Assembly: GCF_006345805.1 (NCBI RefSeq)
Contig: NC_042998.1
Location: forward strand, 194,866,001 to 194,930,000
Length of the DNA: 64,000 nucleotides
Source: Octopus sinensis
Taxonomy: Eukaryota
Reading direction: 5' to 3'
The position numbers were made by a program, and so were the translations under genes. This document shows positions 59,639 through 64,000 of the stretch, piece by piece. Under the pieces are notes generated by a model. It was not told where the DNA came from. It worked only from the letters and a program-made list of their open reading frames with translations, and did not search any database. Positions within the stretch are counted from its first letter, which is position 1. Every line of letters starts with the position of its first letter.

Positions 59639-60009
59639 ATCATCATCATCACTCTAGGATGAAGGCCTTGAAAATTTTTTGAAGAAAGGGGCTAGTCGGT
59701 TACATCGACCCTGAAAGGATGAAAGGCAAGGTCGACCTCGGCGGAATTTGAACTCAGAACGTAAAGACAAACGAAATACCTATTTCTTTACTACCCACAA
59801 GGGCTAAACACAGAAAGGACAAACAGGGACAGACAAACGGATTAAGTCGATTATTATCGATCCCAGTGCGTAACTGGTACTTAATTTATCGACCCCGAAA
59901 GGATGAAAGGCAAAGTCGACCTTGGCAGAATTTGAACTCAGAACGTAACGGCAGACGAAATACCGCTAAGCATTTCACCCGGCATGCTAACCTTTCTGCC
60001 AGCTCACCT

Positions 60010-60065
<56 letters not shown>

Positions 60066-60644
60066 CCCACAGGCATATGGCATAGTGGTTAAGAGCGCGG
60101 GCTACTAACCCCAAGATTCCGAGTTTGATTCCGAGTTCGATTCCAGGTAGTGACCTGAATAATAATAATAATAATAATAATATAAATAAATAAATAAAAG
60201 GGCTACAGCAAATATTCTGCTCAATACCAATTATCAATTGTTTGACTTTAACCAGTTGACCATGTTCCTTAGTGACTGACGATATGTGCATCTCTGATCA
60301 CGAACAGAAGTCGTGGGGGAGCATCATAGCCGTGTGTTAAAAGGAATTCTAAGAGGTTTGGATAATTCACCTTTGGAAACATGGGTAGTTCGTTCAACAT
60401 CCTTAAACAATCCTTATTCAGGGACCTTTTGAGTAGGATGGGCCCCCACCTGCAAGGTCATGTGCTGTTGATCTTGATATGAGATCACCATGTCGCGCAC
60501 ATGTGGTTGCAATGCATGTGCCTGGTGTACCCTTATCAGACGGGTAGCCATGATGGGTATACTGGGCTTCGTATATATATTACACCAGTGTCACTTTGAT
60601 TGCATGCACTGCTCTCTCACTCCTCCTCCTCCTCCTCCTCCTCC

Positions 60645-60707
<63 letters not shown>

Positions 60708-60711
60708 GCAG

Positions 60712-60743
<32 letters not shown>

Positions 60744-60748
60744 ACAGC

Positions 60749-60781
<33 letters not shown>

Positions 60782-61526
60782 CCTTTAAAATGGAATCGAC
60801 TACCTGATCTTTCACGGTGTCAATGAGGATTATTATTATTCACACAACTGTACTGGCATGTGGCGAACCCCAACAATATGTGATCAATTGGTGTCTGTAG
60901 GGATATTTGATGATCCTCTATGACTATAAGAGTACTCGGTAAAGCTTAAGGCATATGTGAAGACACCTCTGTTTGAGATAAGCCAAGTGTCAACGTCTGA
61001 TCCAATATTGCTTGCTGAGAACCATGTACTAAGGAACCAGTCCGTGGGTAGCTGTATGGCACATTAACTCTACCTATCTCATCGCCTGGTTCTCGATTTT
61101 TAAAAACCCAGATATATTTCTATATGTCTTGTCCCGATTGATGGAGCACGCATCCTGCTTCGCATCGACCAGGACTCCTTCTAACTCCTCTGTTGAAGAC
61201 ACATAGAAGATTCCTCTATCTTTTGAAAAATGGGAATATCCCTCCTCAATTCCTCGCTCTTTTCTAGATGAATTCGTCAAGTAAGGAAGTACTTGTCTTT
61301 GTCACATACGTCGACTATTTCTTCACCTGTTTTGGGGGATGATGAAAATCAATTGCTTGTTTTGAGCCACAACGTTTATAAAAGATGGAATAGTATTGTC
61401 GGTACTGTCGTTGCTATTCGTATTTTTTTCAACTTAACGTTTTTTTCAAATTAATATCTATGAAAAGAATTTTATCTCAGACATTTCTACAGCATTATGC
61501 CTTTGTCTTCAAACGGTGTGCATACA

Positions 61527-61717
61527 TTTCACCCAAAAATTTTTCGAAAATTTTCACTGAAAATTTTCCCCAAAATTTTCGAAAATTTTTGGGGAAACTT
61601 TCCATAAATATTTTTCGAAAATCTTTCCCGAAAATTTTCCTCCAAAATTTTTTGAAAATTTTCACCGAAAATTTTACCCAAAAATTTTTAGAAAATTTTC
61701 ATGGAAAATTTTACCCA
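61527..61717 (-). repeat. A4T4 satellite, opposite orientation to 48195-49670
   Basis: gaaaattttaccc-type units directly after the right arm. Confidence 0.93.
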
Positions 61718-61719
61718 TA

Positions 61720-62596
61720 ATAGTCACTGACCGAAAAGTCCTCTAGAACAGACTTGTCAGTTCATCTTCGTAAACGCCCAGAGTCACCCCTTGGACGTCG
61801 TCGTACTTTCTCGCCACTGATCCTCTATAAATTTCTAAAGTGGTACATTTACCGATCCTGTTGTCCGACAAGTAGAGGACAGTGAGCGTCTGACGATATT
61901 CTAGGTGCCAGGCGCCCAGTCTTGGACTGTCTTTTATCCAGGACTGCAGCTCCGCCAAAGAGACGGGTTGCGGAAACACATGCCTCACAATCTTAGTCTT
62001 ATTGTTTTTGTTGGAGTTGTTGTGAATGTGTTGCAGTTGTGGTATCAGAATATGCTTTTGTTGAGTTCTTGGAGTAGGACTATGTAGTCTCTTCCTCTTT
62101 CGCCGAGCAACCTTTTGTCACCGCGATCCATTGATCGCCCATCTCTTCTTTCCCCGTGTCATTGTAGTTGATGTTGGTTTGGGAAGTAGATGTCGATGTT
62201 GATGATAATTGTTTAGTTATCATCTGTGGTGGTCGTACTGGGAACGCTGGATACCACCTCTGTGTCGCTGGTCCTGGATTGGTCATCATCTCTAGGTGTG
62301 GCGATTGCACTGGTGGTAACATATGGTGCGGGGCTTGTCACTCTATCGGTGACGATGATAATGGTTTGTTCATCATCTGTGGCGGTGGTATTGGGGTCGT
62401 GAGTAACGTCCTCTGTGACGTTGGTCCCGGACTGATCCTCATCTCTGGCTGTAGCGATTGTACTTGCGTGAGACCTGGTTAATCTGCTAATATTGATGTT
62501 GGACGGTATTGCTGGTAATGCGAATAGCAGGTCTATGTGTCACCGTAGCTTCATAGATGACTCCTTCAGCCTCACATCGGCCTCCTATTGGACATT
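61720..62596 (-). pseudogene. decayed unknown ORF, possibly a retroelement ORF1, with an internal duplication
   Basis: minus-strand ORF pieces 62080-62322 and 61743-61988; coding-like composition; repeat period ~153 bp. Confidence 0.35.
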
Positions 62597-62597
<1 letters not shown>

Positions 62598-62637
<40 letters not shown>

Positions 62638-62704
62638 TAATAATAATGATAATAATAATAATAATAATAATATAATAATAATAATAATAATAATAATGAT
62701 AATA

Positions 62705-62745
<41 letters not shown>

Positions 62746-62749
62746 TATG

Positions 62750-62801
<52 letters not shown>
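62598..62801. repeat. (TAA)n microsatellite, expanded tail of the adjacent CR1-type element
   Basis: direct reading. Confidence 0.93.
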
Positions 62802-62804
<3 letters not shown>

Positions 62805-63150
62805 AATTATTGTATACAGTGCTCAGGTGCACTACAACTTGTCAAAAGTGCGTATAAAGCATAAGCAGTAATGTACAAATGTCTGGGAAGCGAACAGTGT
62901 ATGAGTCAGATACATGCTTGCGTGTGTATGGAGGGGAGAAATCAGGTGTAGTGTTGGCGAATCTCAGGAAGCATGGAAGTTTTGAAGGATGCAGTGCTCC
63001 GACAACTAACAATTGATGCCGGCAGTTTGTTCTATGCTTCAGCAACTCTTAGTGTGAAAAAATGTTTCCGAAAATCATGGGAGCTGTGCTGTTTTCTTAC
63101 TTTGTAAATATGTCCACGGGTGTTAGACGGGTGTAGTTTGAACACACTGC
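62802..63150 (-). mobile_element. CR1/L2-type LINE 3' end
   Basis: reverse complement of the 8845-9158 module, with native upstream LINE sequence instead of the shared leader. Confidence 0.82.
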
Positions 63151-63258
63151 AAGAACACACTGCCTCATCCCTTGCATTGTGGGTACTTGTTAAAATGTTT
63201 TTTTTTATGTTAGGTACACAACTGAAGGAGACGTAGAAAGTTTATATTTTTGTCTTTG

Positions 63259-63325
63259 TATAGGGTCTGACGAGCTGTCCACAAGGCTTTGGTTTTGTGG
63301 ATACGAAGCCTTTGGTAACTCTATG
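63259..63325 (+). ncRNA. type I hammerhead-like motif (family C) with a GAAG core variant
   Basis: tatagggt-CTGACGA-long stem II (tgtccacaa/ttgtggata)-GAAG-cc(ttt)gg-TA-actctatg; 8-bp stem I. Confidence 0.62.
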
Positions 63326-63446
63326 TCCAAAATTTAAATTTTTGTTATATATATGATATATTAAGGTACTGTGCAGTGGGACTGAACCTGAAACTATGTC
63401 ATGCATACATATGCACACACACACACAGACTTGTATATAATATATA

Positions 63447-63674
63447 CTCTTTTACTCTTTTATTTGTTTCAGTCATTTGACTGTGGCCATGCTGGAGCAT
63501 CGCCTATAGTCGAGCAAATCGACCCCAGGACTTATTCTTTTGTAAGCCTAGTACTTATATCGGCCTCTTTTGTCGAACCGCTAAGTTACGGGGACGTAAA
63601 CACACCAGCATCGGTTGTCAAGCGATGTTAGGGGGAGAAACACAGACACACAAACATATACACACACACATACA

Positions 63675-63706
<32 letters not shown>

Positions 63707-63755
63707 CATACATACATACATACTACATACATACATACATACATACATACATACA

Positions 63756-63839
<84 letters not shown>

Positions 63840-64000
63840 TATATATACATATATACGACGGGCTTCTTTCAATTTCCGTCTACCAAATCCACTCACGAGG
63901 CTATCGTAGAAGACACTTGCCCAAGGTGTCATGCAGTGGGATTGAACCCGGAACCATGTAGTTCGTATGCAAGCTACTTACCACACAGCCATTCCTATGC
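63447..64000 (-). mobile_element. SINE family 3 with expanded internal (CATA)n/(TA)n
   Basis: matches 37735-38128. Confidence 0.87.

Larger units (their letters stand above)
53545..61529 (-). repeat. right arm (7985 bp) of a large inverted duplication
   Basis: junction pairs 48198/53545 and 39972/61529 read directly from the sequence. Confidence 0.97.

Noticed and set aside
39972-61529. Giant TIR transposon (Polinton or foldback) reading of the inverted arms
   Set aside because: No TSD or characteristic termini; the arms are ordinary TE-littered DNA; the spacer has no integrase, polB or transposase

Overview
Repeat-rich, AT-rich eukaryotic genomic DNA. The SINE/LINE/microsatellite repertoire suggests an octopus or other coleoid cephalopod (inference). 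Positions 1-32.8 kb hold the 3' part of an alpha-spectrin gene (SPTAN1-like) on +: 26 GT-AG exons from 1538 to the TAG at 31993, splicing in frame to 1082 aa (spectrin repeats plus C-terminal EF-hands). Two candidate alternative microexons (9581-9616 and 25541-25558) fall at positions that are also alternatively spliced in vertebrate alpha-spectrins. The introns carry tRNA-derived SINEs, RTE and CR1-type LINE pieces, Helitrons, MITEs and a solo LTR. Downstream is a large inverted duplication with arms 39972-48198 and 53545-61529 around a 5.3 kb spacer; both of its novel junctions enter the same A4T4 satellite. Three distinct type I hammerhead ribozyme motifs were found by eye: one at a Penelope element 3' end, one in a ~423-nt retrozyme-like tandem unit (these two each present twice because of the duplication) and one carrying a core variant at 63259-63325. 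Most ORF-track entries are repeat or microsatellite artefacts. Repeat boundaries are approximate unless termini or TSDs are given.
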